A DNA stretch of 20,000 nucleotides from Vicugna vicugna (GCA_013265495.1 MU058241.1:1665978-1685977), one strand, 5' to 3'. Numbered from the stretch's first letter, positions 1 through 12,414 are shown. Notes: a model not told the origin generated them from the sequence alone. Numbers and translations are program-made.

Positions 1-872
1 AATATCCCGCTGGACCATCAAAGTGACAAGCCAGTCAAGTACCATGTGCCTCTATGGAACAATAACATTCCTTAATTATTTAACCTTTCCACTCTTGAGA
101 GTGTGTGCACGTGTATGTGTGTGTGTCCCTGTGTGTCCCTTCATCTTCAATTTGATTCACTCTTCTCCCCATGAATTAAAAATCAGTGTCGCCCCTATTC
201 CTTTCTGGCTTAATCTCTTCTCTGAACTAACAAAATCATCCCACAATCCCTTTTCTCAAAAGCACCTCTGGGTCAGCTCACAGCCATCCATCACGGCCAC
301 TTACACCATCGCCCAGCTGGACCTGGGAAAGGCCGGGTTGGAGGTGCTCTGTAAACGCATCTCAGGATCCGGATGGAGCCAAATGATGATGCAACGGAAC
401 AAGAGAAAAGGTCAAAGCTCCCGATGATGCATTTCTCAGCTGTCACAGCTTTTAGGGGGTGATGATGACACAAGCCGTGCTGGTAAGAAAGGCGTATTTA
501 TTCACCACAAAACTGCAGACCCTGAAAAGTGCTACAGGCAGCTCCTCCCTGTGAGGACCCCCTGAGGGCTCAGCCTTTCCCTGTGCAGGCGATCTCCCCC
601 TGTTACTCACCCTCCCTGTACTTCTGATGTCCCGCTGGCTTCCCCATGGAGAGAGGTCACGGACCGGTTTTTGTTAAAATCAGAAAAAGCGATCTTACAA
701 CTCTGGGGAACCAGAGATGAAAACTAGAACTCTGTGTCACTCCCAGATTTCGGATCTGTTGTCCAGCAGTCCCTAAAGGACACTGAACCCTGAGAGATAT
801 CCCCAAATGAACTCAAACGGAAGTTATTAGCATGCATTTCACTCCTGACGATAGCCTTTCAAAATACACGTG

Positions 873-873
<1 letters not shown>

Positions 874-911
<38 letters not shown>
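874..911. repeat. (AC)19 microsatellite
   Basis: Perfect AC dinucleotide run of 38 nt read directly. Confidence 0.97.
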
Positions 912-913
<2 letters not shown>

Positions 914-1644
914 AATATGGTGACGCAACTTCCGTAAAGCAGGACTTTGAGAAGTGAACACTCCTGGTCAATTTCATATGAATTTATGAATCCGGTGACT
1001 GGACACCCTGAGCTACACAAATCAAGTGGGTATGCATAAAGTCATCATCGTCTCAGAAAATTTCCTCTTCAGACGGAACACGTCTTGATTGGCAGAGAAA
1101 CACATGGTGGTTTCTTTCAACTGAAACGTTTTTCTTAGCAACGAAGCACTGTTTGCACAGAATTTAAACAGGAAACCAGCCACCAAACCTGGCTGTTGAC
1201 CCAGCAGAATGACCCGGATTCACCTCTCTCTTTGGGGGACCTTGGAAACATGAATGCCACTCTACCCACTGGCATCGAACCTTTGTACACGTGGCCTCGA
1301 CTCAAACAAAACAAAAACTACCTTGGGAACAGAATTAACTTGGTTAAGTTCACCATCCATCACCACGCAGCCTTTATCTTCTTTTCGGGACACCCAGATC
1401 CGTCTCCCTCGCCACGGTAATGATTACACTACGCACGTGGAAGTTTGTGTAAGAGTCACCAGGGCGCATTCTCCTTTTGGGGTGTGAGACGCAGACTCCT
1501 CCACTTGGAGAAGGGGTGTGGAACTCCCTACCCTCTTCCGATGAATCCATACTCAGACCTTACTACTAAGATGGCAGAATAGGTGTGGAAGAGGCCTAGC
1601 CCGTTATGAATCGCTCAGGAGAGCCCTCGTGGAGAGTTATATGT

Positions 1645-1840
1645 GGGTTTCAATCCACGGCCGACTACTGGCTGTGCGGCTTTTGCCATCACTCACAAGT
1701 TTTCAGTCTCCAATTCTCCCACAAGAAGCCATCTCTTTACCCACCTCCCAGGGTCCCTGGGCAGCTTTGTAAGAGGTGAGGGCTACGAAACGTGCCCAAG
1801 ATGCTGTGCGTATCCGCAGTGCCTACCGCATGTAATTAAT
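1645..1840 (+). mobile_element. Degenerate MIR SINE
   Basis: gggtttcaatcc...tactggctgtg...acccacctcccagggt...gcagtgcctaccgcatgta follows the order of the recalled MIR consensus (gggttcgaatcc...tactagctgtg...acctacctcatagggtt...acagtgcctggcacatagta); highly diverged. Confidence 0.5.
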
Positions 1841-4800
1841 CCGTGCCGGTTACACGTGAACGTGCCCCACGCTGGGCACCCCAGCTGGACCTGTTTCACA
1901 AAGCACAGAAGAGAGTCACGGCACGGGAGGAACGCAGGATGGCTGAAGGACCCTTCCTTCGGCGCACATGAGGGGAGTTGAGTATCTCTCAAGAAATCTA
2001 CAGGTCATTCCTGCCTGCAAGAGCAACAGGGATTTCTTGCTAATTAAAGTATATTAAGGATGCCCTATGTCTTGAATTACTACACAGCTTATAACATATG
2101 GTGAGCTAATTATCTACCTCTCTAGCCATAGAAACGTCTTCCCAAGACAAATTTTATCCCTAAAAGAGTCAATTAGGGTGAGGGATCGTGGTGGAGGGCA
2201 TGGTTATATATTCCAAGCCATCGCTCTCTTCAATTTGGAAATACACACTTGTAATCCTGATGCATGGACCTGAATGCAGCTAAGCAGACCACACTTGAGA
2301 GGACCAAGAAGCAATCAAGTGCCTCCCCCTTAGGTCCCTGTCATTCGTGTCTTCCAATCTGAAGTCAGCATCTCGAGAACAAACCCTTAAGCAGAAACCA
2401 TTTCAGTCCCCAGGCTCAGAGACAGAATATAAACGTTAGAAATGAGCGTTTAAATCCTTTTCCTCATCGCCTCTGACAAGTGCACTGAAGGGGAGCTGTA
2501 TCCCCCCGAAAACTGTTTCCACAGCAATCCACTGAAATAAGGCACTGGTTTCGACTGGGAAATTCTGATGCCAAGGCACCGGAGTCAATCTCACAGACAC
2601 TGTCATTGCTTGAATGAGCTGTCCCTGCTTCTGATGAGCCCCAAATGCGTGTCTCACAAAGCTGGTGAGACCTGCCCCAGTGATTCAAGACACTCTGGTC
2701 AATGAGATAACTCATATAAATGTGTCTCTGGATCCCTGAAAAAAAAAGTTTATAGAAATGGTATTGTCACCGTGGGCTATGATTCTGTGGTGCCACATTA
2801 AGGCAATTCTCTGAAGAACCGTGGACATCAGCCTTCAGCAGATCAGACATGTACCATGTAACACAGGAAGACAGTGTCACCCAGGGGAGACTTTACGGAG
2901 ATGCTTTAAATCGTTGAATCATCAGATAACAGATGCAGAAGTTTTTTTGAGAATGGCCTCATGGTAAACACATGGCAGCACGGTCACTAATACTGACCAT
3001 CTGTGCAGTGCTCCAACGTGGGCAGTGGTCATTCACTCTACAGTCACCTCTTTGAAGACTAAACCCTTAAAAAAAGCCCAAAAAACCTCAGTAACCAGAA
3101 CCTCCACTATGGTGTTGCTAGAACACCCGAATCTCTACTTCTGGAAGACAATGTAAGAAACGCCGACGTAATCAAGAAAAACTGGCTGGGCTTCAACATC
3201 CCGAAGCTGATCAAATTCGCTTTGCCGCCCTCCTAAAATCATATGCTGAGGAACTCATGAAAATGTCTTGTAATCATATAAATATTCAAAGTCTGTATAG
3301 ATTCAATCTTTTTCGTCAAAATACCACATGGAAAAAAAAAGTGATTCACCCTGCAAGCTGAGAAACATTCTTGATCTCTGTCATTTTGCATTGAGCTCTG
3401 AAGTATTAATCTCCTCCCCGCATGTTTCTGAGAGATGGCTGTAGACGGAGAGTGGTCCAGCCATACTAGCAAATTTGCCAAACAGCAGACTTTTTTGTGC
3501 GTTTTGGCTTAAGAGGATAGGTTTGACCTCCGTGGAACACCGTTCTACCTTGGAACGGCCCCTCTCTTGTTTATAAGACACTGCAAGTTTAACTGGCGAG
3601 GTGAAAGCTTTGTCAACCATGCAGACTGGGACCGAGGGCTGAGTCATGACATGAATGGAGTGTCACAGTCAGATATTAAAAAAAAAGAAAGAAACAGAAC
3701 AGGATCGGGTGGAACGCATCAGAAGTGATCACTCTACAGAGAAAATAAAATCATTTCAGGAAACTTGCGTTTCAGTTAAACACCTCTTGGGGAGGTACAG
3801 TGTTGTCACCTTCGAGCTACCCAGCAGGGATTTCCACAGAGAGGACTGGCGCTCTCCACTTTCAACCGACACCCCAGGATCTCCCAACACAAAGTCTGAG
3901 GAATCGCAATTCTGCACCTCCAGTCAAGAGCGTCTCCCCTCTTCCTTTCTTGGTCTACCTGTGGGAACTTCTAATGACCCAATTTCACTTGCCACCACGT
4001 ACTAAGCTGTTAAAGGCAACCCCACCACGGACAGTCCTGAGCAAGCGCCGTGCCCAGGATGTGGGTGGCCGCCCCAGGGATGCCCACCTCTGGCGTTGCG
4101 GGCAGATGGCTCGGCTTACCGAAGGCATGATGACCCAATGGTACCTCCACGTGCAAAATCACAGACATAGATGTTCACGAGCATGACGGCCAGGTAACAC
4201 CTCCCCCTTCTCTAAAGAGTCGAATTACGTTACATCATTCAACGCACCATCTTACGAGGTTTCCCCACTGTCTGCTGCCTGAACAGACCTGCTCTCACGG
4301 GCGTAGCAAGGACCCACCAAGACCAAACATCTGATTTCCACATCGAGTTTCCATCTTTGTCTATCGACAGTCGTCTCACGTTACAAAGGGAACAAGACAT
4401 TTTGTTTGTTTTTAACAGCCAGTGTTACTGAGAGAGACTTGTGTCAGTGTCTCTGTTCCTGGTCATCCCCTTGGCTGACTGCAGCCCCCCAAAAGTATAA
4501 ACTCAAGCAGCTCTAACAGACCCCAGAGGGATCACCCAGTGCCCTCACGGGGTGGTTTTGCTCAGAAACGTGCCTAGAACACTTGGCTCTCTCCACATTG
4601 TTCACATCACAAGGGCAACGTCTACAGTCAACAACACACAGTTCCTTTTCCTCTCTTGCTCGCCCATTGGAAGATTCAAGACTGTGTTGATACACAGTCC
4701 CCTCTTCCCACAGCTGTCATCCCACAGAGCTTCTTGGGGTGTGGCTTCACAAGCACAGGACATGGGGAAACTGGCGAAGTGTCTGTGGGGAGAGCCTACA

Positions 4801-5655
4801 GCATCGTTATTCCTGAGACCAGCCCCCCAGCCCCCAACACGTGCCATTTCATTTCCCCCATCCGTCCTGCAGAGAGCCAGGCTGGGGAAACCCACTAAGC
4901 ATGGGAGGGGAAACGTGCTGAGGAGGACCACCCCGTGCTTCTGTGAGAGCAGGAAGACAGCCAGACATGAGCAGAGAAAGGGGGACTCAGGCCAGATGGC
5001 AGGAATTGGGCAAAAAGAGAGGCAGGGGGACAAATACAGGAAAACCAACATCATGTAAGCACCAGGGGCCCTGTGGGCAGAGAAAGGAAAGCAGGAACCT
5101 CTGGGCTGATGAGTGGTCACACATTGTAGGCTGGCAAGTGCCCTGGAGGCTGACAAAAAAGGGGGAAAAGGGCAGGAATCTGCAGTGTCCGAATGTAGCC
5201 TTCTGCTCACTGTGCCCTCATTACAACAAAATTAGCCTTGCAGATTAGAGGCACCCATCACGCACCGCCGCCGTGACACTTGTGATCCAGATTAAATAAG
5301 GACGAAAATCTCTCCCACCCTCGAGAAGGTGGAGTTGGGATGAAAATCAGGGAATAGGACCCCACACCCTTCCCCCCTCAATGTATTTGGCCCACTCATT
5401 TTTACACCCTGTGTAACCAACCTGCCAAAGAAACTCAGGGCAGCCGCTCACCTGAGCCTGCCCGCTCTCCCCTTGAGAGCGTCCTATCACTTCACACATC
5501 CTCACTTTACTTTCTTGACCTCTGTGTCCTATCTCTGATTTCTCTCTGCGGAGAGACAAGAACCCCATCTCCGGCAACACCCCCTCCCCCGAGGAGATAC
5601 CCGAAATCACGTGTTCTGTCTCGCTGGCAGCATGGGGACCGGAGGCGACACCCAC

Positions 5656-6079
5656 CGTTGCAGGAACTGGGCCGCGTCCGCCGTCAGCCGCTGCGTGAGG
5701 TTGTCGTAGGACATGGGCTGCTGGCTGATGTCGTGGTCCCTCATCAGGAAGCAGTTCAGGGGCCGGAAGTAATGGAGGAAGGCCAGCAGGAGGGCGAGGA
5801 CCAGGGCGGCCAGGAAGAGGAGGCAGAAGACGGCGACAGGGGGCACGCGGAGCAGCCCCAGGCACTTGAGCACCGCCAGGGTGAGCAGCGTGATGCCGAT
5901 GACCTGCAGGGGCGAGAAGACCAGCAGCTGGAAGGCCGCGGTGAAGACAGTGCCGTGTCCAGGCTTGCAGTCCCTCAGGTTGGTCACCGGGAGCCCGTGG
6001 AAGTAGTCGAAGCCGTGGCTTAAGGGGTGGTGGCAGAAGTCGGTTCTGCTGCGGCAGCTGGTCCCCAGGTGCCACTTCC
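5656..6079 (-). CDS. STS: Steroid sulfatase coding exon (424 nt) with GKWHLG and the two transmembrane helices
   Basis: Acceptor tttctctgctcag|GG; donor CAA CG|gtgggt. Translates (G)[140 protein letters not shown](R). The hydrophobic hairpin, [15 protein letters not shown] and [14 protein letters not shown] identify STS rather than ARSD/ARSL/ARSF/ARSH. NLT sequon retained; no stops or frameshifts. Confidence 0.97.
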
Positions 6080-6176
6080 CTGAGCAGAGAAATGGGCGGC
6101 ACTCTTAGTCCCAGTGAACACCCTGACGTGAAGGAGCACTTCCGGCTCCCACGCACAGCAAAGTGGGCTCTTTCTG

Positions 6177-6343
6177 CACATCCATCCGCCAAACCCTACC
6201 CGACCACGTTCACCTCCTTTCCCACAAACAGTCCTTTCCCTCCACCCATCATCCATTTCATCGACTGAACTATCCATCCCTGTCTCCATCACCTATCTCA
6301 CCTATCTTCCCATCTGTCACCCATCCATCCACACACACACACA
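6177..6343. repeat. Degenerate (CCAT)n low-complexity tract ending in a short (CA)n
   Basis: Repeated catcc/ccatc/cctatc units followed by cacacacacaca, inside the 463-nt STS intron 6080-6542. Confidence 0.6.
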
Positions 6344-6542
6344 GGTAAGGACGCCCATCTACACACTCAGATAGCACACACAGAGGCATGGCGCTTTAAT
6401 TTAGAACTGAAATCATGTCTTCCCTATTTACAGTTGGGCAAACTGTGTCAGCAGCGTCACCCTTAAGAAGGCTGCTCTCGCGCCCTCCCCACTCTCGCAC
6501 TCATCTCGTCCCGGTCCTCGCCTCCCCCTCCGCGGCCCGTAC

Positions 6543-6665
6543 CTATTAGAGCTGTTGAATAGCCTTGCGTCTTCAGAAGCTTAGCAAACGTAATCTCACT
6601 GCGGGGAAGTCCTCCCGAAGAGGCCGAGAAGAGGAAAACCCCCACCTGGGACTGAGATGCCATCC
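6543..6665 (-). CDS. STS: Steroid sulfatase coding exon (123 nt)
   Basis: Follows an 89-nt intron (6754-6666). Acceptor ttctcctgcttcag|GG; donor ATA G|gtacgg. Translates (G)[40 protein letters not shown](G), including the first half of the second sulfatase signature (GYxTxxxGKWH). Confidence 0.97.
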
Positions 6666-6707
6666 CTGAAGCAGGAGAAATCAGCCATTAAGACGGGAGA
6701 GCCATCA

Positions 6708-7118
<411 letters not shown>

Positions 7119-8097
7119 TCAGTTCCCCGAGGCCTGGTTTACAAGCGAGGACCCGAGTCTTGAGAATGGGCTGCTGTGAGGAGGGGGAGGGAGATGGGTC
7201 AAAGTCTCACCCTTCCCTCACCTGGGCCCCCTACCCTGTTCCCTTGTGCCCCCGAATGAAAGCTCTGGGGGCAGCCTGGCTCTTCTCTTCCCAACCACAG
7301 TCAAAGAGCAGGTCCGACCCAGCTGTCACCTGCTCTGTCTAATTTCCATGTGCCCCCAGGAAGAAGGGGGCGGTGAGGGAATTCCCTGGAGAAAGAGAGA
7401 ATGGGGCCCACGTGCACCGACCAGTGGCCGGTAACAAACGGGCTCCCAGACTCCAGGACAGATGGACACATGCCAGTGTGAAACCACGACATGCGGTGAG
7501 TCACGCACACCCTCGTGGGCTCAGGGCTTTTAACACAAAATGAACCCCTGTTCGTGGGCTCACTTCTAGGATGACACGTTACGTAAGACACACCATCCTG
7601 GGGCCTCTTCTCCCGGAACGGCTGGGCCCAGAACCGCAGGAAGTCATGCCTGACCCCTCAGCACTGAGAAACGGAGGTCCGTCAGGTCTGCGACCAGGCC
7701 GAGCGGCTATCCCGCATCCCCCGAAGGGAACCCCGGCCCTTGCCTCTCTGCCAGGCTCTACGTCTTCTACACTTCAGTTCTGAGTGCAGATGTGACACCT
7801 CCCTCCCCACGGCCTCCTTGTCCGCTGGGAGGGGCCTGTCTCACGTGGAGAAGGTCCCTCTGTAGCCCCCACCAAGGTAGCCGCCTCCCGGTAACGGGAT
7901 GGCGTGGCTCACCGCACTCCCCGCAAGACGGCTGCCTGAGGGGTGGGGGCACGCATCTCGTCCCTTGCGGAACCTGTCTGTGCATCTGACTTAAACCTCC
8001 CAGTGCCTAGACTGGGCAGCGAGAAATTTGATTATTCGACGCTGTGATGTTATAAAATGTAAAACGAGAAAACATACTTCAGAAAGCAGCGAGCTCT

Positions 8098-8243
8098 AGG
8101 AGGGGGAGGGAATAGCTCAGCGGTAAGGTTCTTGCCTGGCATGCACGAGGTCCTGGGTTCAATCCCCAGTACCTCCATTAAATGAACAAATAAACCTGAT
8201 AACACGCATCTCCCACCTCCCCACAAAATAAAAAAGAACAACT
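8098..8243 (+). mobile_element. tRNA-derived SINE, Vic-1-like (camelid)
   Basis: G-rich head, Pol III A box TAGCTCAGCGG (8113-8123), B box GGTTCAATCCC (8156-8166), A-rich tail. Flanking direct repeat agaaagcagcgagctct (8081-8097) / agaaaccagcggactct (8244-8260), 14/17 identical, is a likely target-site duplication (TSD). Family name from memory. Confidence 0.88.
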
Positions 8244-9783
8244 AGAAACCAGCGGACTCTCATACGGAGAGCAAGACAGATTTAGGGTAATACGGACGTG
8301 AATTCTTTTCTGGGATTTTATAGCTTTTTTTTGTTTGTTTTCTTTTGGTAACTGGTAGACTCTGAACCTTAAAGGCTTGACTGCAACTTTGTAATTAAGA
8401 CAGCTTAGTGGGGAGAATCACCTGCTACCTCAGCAAACTTGAGGACTATCATGTCGAATATTACACTAATATCTTGTGCTATTTAAAAATAATACTTCAA
8501 ATGAAGAAAAGAGAAGTCATGACGTTGATTAAAAAATTAAATTAATAACAAGGTTCATGTCAAAAAATGCCAGTGAGAGCTAAACTTTTCACAAAATGAG
8601 GCAAAAGTTGGGGAAAGAAACATACGTGGTCTGCTAAAATTTTAAGAGAACACTGAATACTTGTTTTTTTAAAATCTAACAAGTGTCATAGGTCAGCACA
8701 CATCTTAAATAAGAAGGAACATGTGATGCACAGATTCGGGTGGGAACTGACACACGTCTGGCTGCGTCTCACTCGCCCGCTCTCCTCCAAAGAATAATTC
8801 ACTTCATTTTGTTTGATCTGACAGTAACACGGAAACACAGTTCCCCAGAGGCGCAGTCATGCTGGTAAGACGATGAGGGTTCCCAGGGAACAAAGTGACA
8901 AAAAATCCGACCGTGCGACCCTTAGCTGTCCATCGTCCCGAGCTTCAGAGTAATTATTCACAGATCTTACAAGAAAATTCTAGTGGAACCCTCCTCTCCT
9001 TTAATTCCGTTCGCAATAGTCATGTGCGACATGAAGCCCTGCAAAGACTCAGCATTATGTCAACCCTCCTCCGTGATCATAAAGAGATTTAAAAAACTTA
9101 AGGGAAAGTTAAAAAAGAAAAAAAAGAGAGAGGGAAAGTGCAACGCTAACGCCAATATTCTTCTGCAAAAGGACCGACTTCGATTCTAAACCAAAGGGAC
9201 CCACGCAACGCCGTCCTCTGTCCCTGAGTCCGGCTCCTGTTGTGTGTTTTGTTTTCCTCCCACTGCCGTCTGCCCGGGCCCTTGGAAAGTTCTGTCATCA
9301 TCAAACGTGCCCCGTGTCCTTGGGACAGCTGTCCCCAGCCTGCCCATCCAGAACAGCCTGGGCCAGAGCGGGAAGCAGGTCGGGAGGTGCGAATGAGCAG
9401 TTCAGACGCCGGGTGGCACGGGGCCCCACTGGGACCAGAGCCACACGCCGAAAAAGAAGACAAAACACAGGAAGTGAACCAAACGGAGTTAAAACGAGAG
9501 TGTGAAAAAGCAGCGTAGTAGTGGCGAGGAAGAAAGAATGACTGTGAATGTCTCCCCAGCGAGCCTTTGGAGTTTATCCAACTGCCAACGGTGATTCAAA
9601 CAGGAAACGCCATCACACCTCCCTTCCTGACGCCCGTACGTGTGAAGTCACACACCCAGGTGTGTAGTCTGGGGGTGTTAAACGTCCCCACGTGGCCTGT
9701 GCCCTGCGAACTCGTGTCCCCCGTCACGGGGTGATGCCCTACGAAGGGAGGCCTGTGTTCATACGGCAGCCGCGTCGCCCCAC

Positions 9784-9920
9784 CTGAGGGTCTTGTTTCC
9801 ATAGCAACCAGGATCCCCAATGCCAAGGTCGTCCGCCATGAACAGGACGAAGTTGGGCCTTGACTTCGCACGGCTCCGGGCCCCACACAGGAACAGGATC
9901 ACGAGCAGAAGGGTCCTCAT
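9784..9920 (-). CDS. STS: Steroid sulfatase, first coding exon seen (whole exon 9924-9784, 141 nt; ATG at 9920-9918)
   Basis: Acceptor ctctgccctctgcag|GAAG ATG; donor CTC AG|gtgggg. Translates [45 protein letters not shown](R): hydrophobic signal peptide, then the sulfatase N-terminal motif RPNxxxxMADDLG (metal-binding Asp-Asp) and an NKT sequon. A at -3 gives an adequate Kozak context. Matches human STS as recalled. Confidence 0.97.
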
Positions 9921-11910
9921 CTTCCTGCAGAGGGCAGAGGGGAAGAGATGCGTGAGGGGTGCTGGAGGCATGAGGGGGACCCTTCTCTTTCTCTGGGACC
10001 CTCCCCTCTCCTTCTAGAAGAGGGCGCTCTCTACCTGCACCCCGCCAGCCCCGGACCATGTGGGCTCCAAACTGAATTGTAGCCTCTCTTCCCCGCGTGG
10101 TTGTTTCCAAAACCAAACATGCCCTTCTCCCTGGATCGCCGTGCAACCTCTCCTTTCTATCCCAAACTGAAATGCAGACTCTGTCTGGAAAAATGAAAGC
10201 ACAACCATGTCTTTACGGAAGGCGGGCTCTGTCACCCGCTAACCGTGGAAAGACAGTCATTCTGGGGCCATCAAACTCTCAATGTGAAATGCTTTCTAAA
10301 ATTAGCTGTAAGTGTCAGAGTAGCAGCCTTTACAAGGCAACATGTACACGTGGGCCTGACGTAAACCTTTCCAAACTCCAGGGACGCAAAGTTCAGAGCC
10401 TGGGTTGGCTCTGGGCGCCGGCTCACGGAAGGCAGCCAACACACCGGAGGAGGGGAACCCGTTCACCCAACGCACACCCGATGGCACTGCACTCCAGTCG
10501 GGAACTACAGGCTGCAGGACTCCGGGGGAAGACACCGCTGAAAGGGGCACACCTGGAACTCCCTGCCTGATGCCCACAGACACGGCCCAGTGAATACTCA
10601 GAAGAGGGACAGAACCTGCCAGGATCGGCGCAGCCGGGGGCAGACGCATCCTCAGGCCTCACCCCTTGGGTGCGGTTAAATGCCCACGGGCCAGACCAAG
10701 GGGCCAGGCTGAAGGACGCACCCACCCGAGCTCGCGCTCACCCCGAGAGAACTCAGGACTCAGGCAAGCGAGACAAGACCTTAGCAGAACCTATGGCATC
10801 GGGAACTCACTGGGGTGTGGAGGGGCCTGGGACATGTGGATCCCACTGGAGCTGTGGGTCTCTGCACGAGGCATGACAGCCACGTGGAGCCGGAATCCCG
10901 TGGTGATTTTGCTTGAGAAAACAACATGGTGCTGTCTTCCAAGGACACCTGGACGCCAACCCAGCCACCCCGACATTCGTCCTCCCCATTCTTGTATCTG
11001 TTCCCTTCTTCTCCATCAAGCTGACCCTCACACCTGGTGTGGGAGGCGGCCGACAGCCCTGTCCGCAAACACATTCACGCCTGCATCCCTGGACCCTCTA
11101 ACTGTGTTACCTTACGTGGCGTTGCTTGCCGCCCTCAGCTCCCCCAGAGAGAGTCTCAGAGGATGCCAGAAGCTGCTTCTCTGGGAACACACTCTTTGAC
11201 ACTAAACAGCTAATATTTGGTCACTGAGCAAATGAGTAAAGACAGCTTCTGTGGATGGAAGATTGGAAGGTTTCTCTCCTTCCTAAGTGGACGGGAGGCA
11301 CCATGAGGGCAGTGGCTGGTTGAACAAGTACCAAAGAAAACTGCATGAAACCAAGAATCCATGTTCACACTGTTGAATTAAAACTCCTCCCTCCGACTCA
11401 ACTCAAAGAGAAAACGAGAAAGGTCAGGAAACTGTTTTCAGGAGTTGCAGCAGTTGCAATGACCCTACTGTGGGTAACAGGGAGGATTTAGAATTTAGCA
11501 TCTGTCTCTAAATATACAGCGTGAGACACCCAAGAGGTTCTGAAGATTACTGAGGATGCCCATTAGTGATGCCTGCGAAATGCTTAGGGCTGGGGGCTCA
11601 GGGCTCCCTACACGGCTTTGACGGCATGAAAACGAGTACCAGCAACACAGAAAAGACTGTGGTTCCCGACCCCCTGCCTTCCCTAAGAAGGCAGCCTAGA
11701 TCTTTCAGACCCCAGAAGATGAGGGCCAAGACACCGTGGATGCGTGCTTCTAAGGACTTCACATTTTCATGGTTCGCTTTATGTAGAAAATAAACAAAAT
11801 GTCGTATTTTACAGCCGCAGTTTTCTGGGTGCTCTGCCTACTTATTCATCAAGTCACCTCCGTGAAGAAATAAGAACACCTATTTGTCACATGACTGAGC
11901 AGATAGTGAT

Positions 11911-12155
11911 CAGGGTTTCTCAGCCTTGGAAGCACTGACATTCAGGACAGGACGATTCTCGGTGGGGGGAGATGGGACGATTCCCCGTGATGGGGCCTGG
12001 GCAGCTCCCTGGCGGGTGTTCAGCAGGGTCCCTGGCCTCCCCCCACTCCACGCCTGGAGCCCACCCTCTCACCCTGTGTCATGACAACCACAATGTCTCC
12101 AGACACTGCCACCTATCCCCTGGGGGACACAATCACCCCCAGTGGAGAACCACCC
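11911..12155 (-). mobile_element. MER20 non-autonomous hAT-Charlie DNA transposon, near full length
   Basis: Terminal inverted repeat (TIR)-like ends cagggtttctcagcc ... gtggagaaccac, plus internal gtgttcagcagggtccctggcctc and tgacaaccacaatgtctccagacactgcca...cccctgggggac matching the reverse complement of the recalled MER20 consensus. Confidence 0.88.
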
Positions 12156-12414
12156 ATTTACTTTCCGCATGTCACCCTTCTCACCGTCTATAAAATCATC
12201 AGTGAAACTTTGCTCCTGGATGTAACATGATTACAACTCACTCCCTGTGGTCTCACAGTCGGGCAGCTTGGCTTCTGTGGGACGATTTGGAAACTGCAAC
12301 CCATCAGAATGACTGAGCTTCTCCTCACGCCCACGAGCACACGTTCAATGCTAACACATAACGTTCCCCGGCCATAACATCCCCCCGCCGGTTACAGAAG
12401 CCCTTGGATTCCTG

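Noticed and set aside
95..140. Minus-strand HVHT-like codons resembling the next STS exon (LHVHTA)
   Set aside because: It is a degenerate TG/CA repeat; flanking residues do not match the expected PFLL...ALFSS...YGDAVEEMDWSVG, and no exon structure is present. The next exon appears to lie outside the window.
497..502. AATAAA on the STS sense strand as an intronic polyadenylation signal
   Set aside because: A single hexamer is expected by chance in this much intron and there is no transcript evidence.
4552..5248. Overlapping 168-aa and 202-aa ORFs
   Set aside because: Intronic, compositionally biased and without recognisable homology.
5658..6023. 121-aa acidic ORF antisense to the STS exon
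   Set aside because: Shadow of the 94% GC3: the in-register antisense frame rarely starts codons with T, so stops are missing. The track start is TTG and there is no independent support.
5347..6192. 281-aa minus-strand ORF, the longest in the window
   Set aside because: Alternative frame across the GC-rich STS exon and flanking introns; Pro/Arg/Ala-rich low-complexity product with no recognisable domain.
8102..8176. tRNA gene (A and B boxes present)
   Set aside because: A-rich tail, TSD and a second diverged copy at 18825-18956 show it is a SINE; no convincing cloverleaf or oligo-T terminator.
10097..11199. Cluster of overlapping 60-177 aa ORFs on both strands
   Set aside because: Expected in GC-rich intron; no domain similarity, codon periodicity or convincing splice structure.
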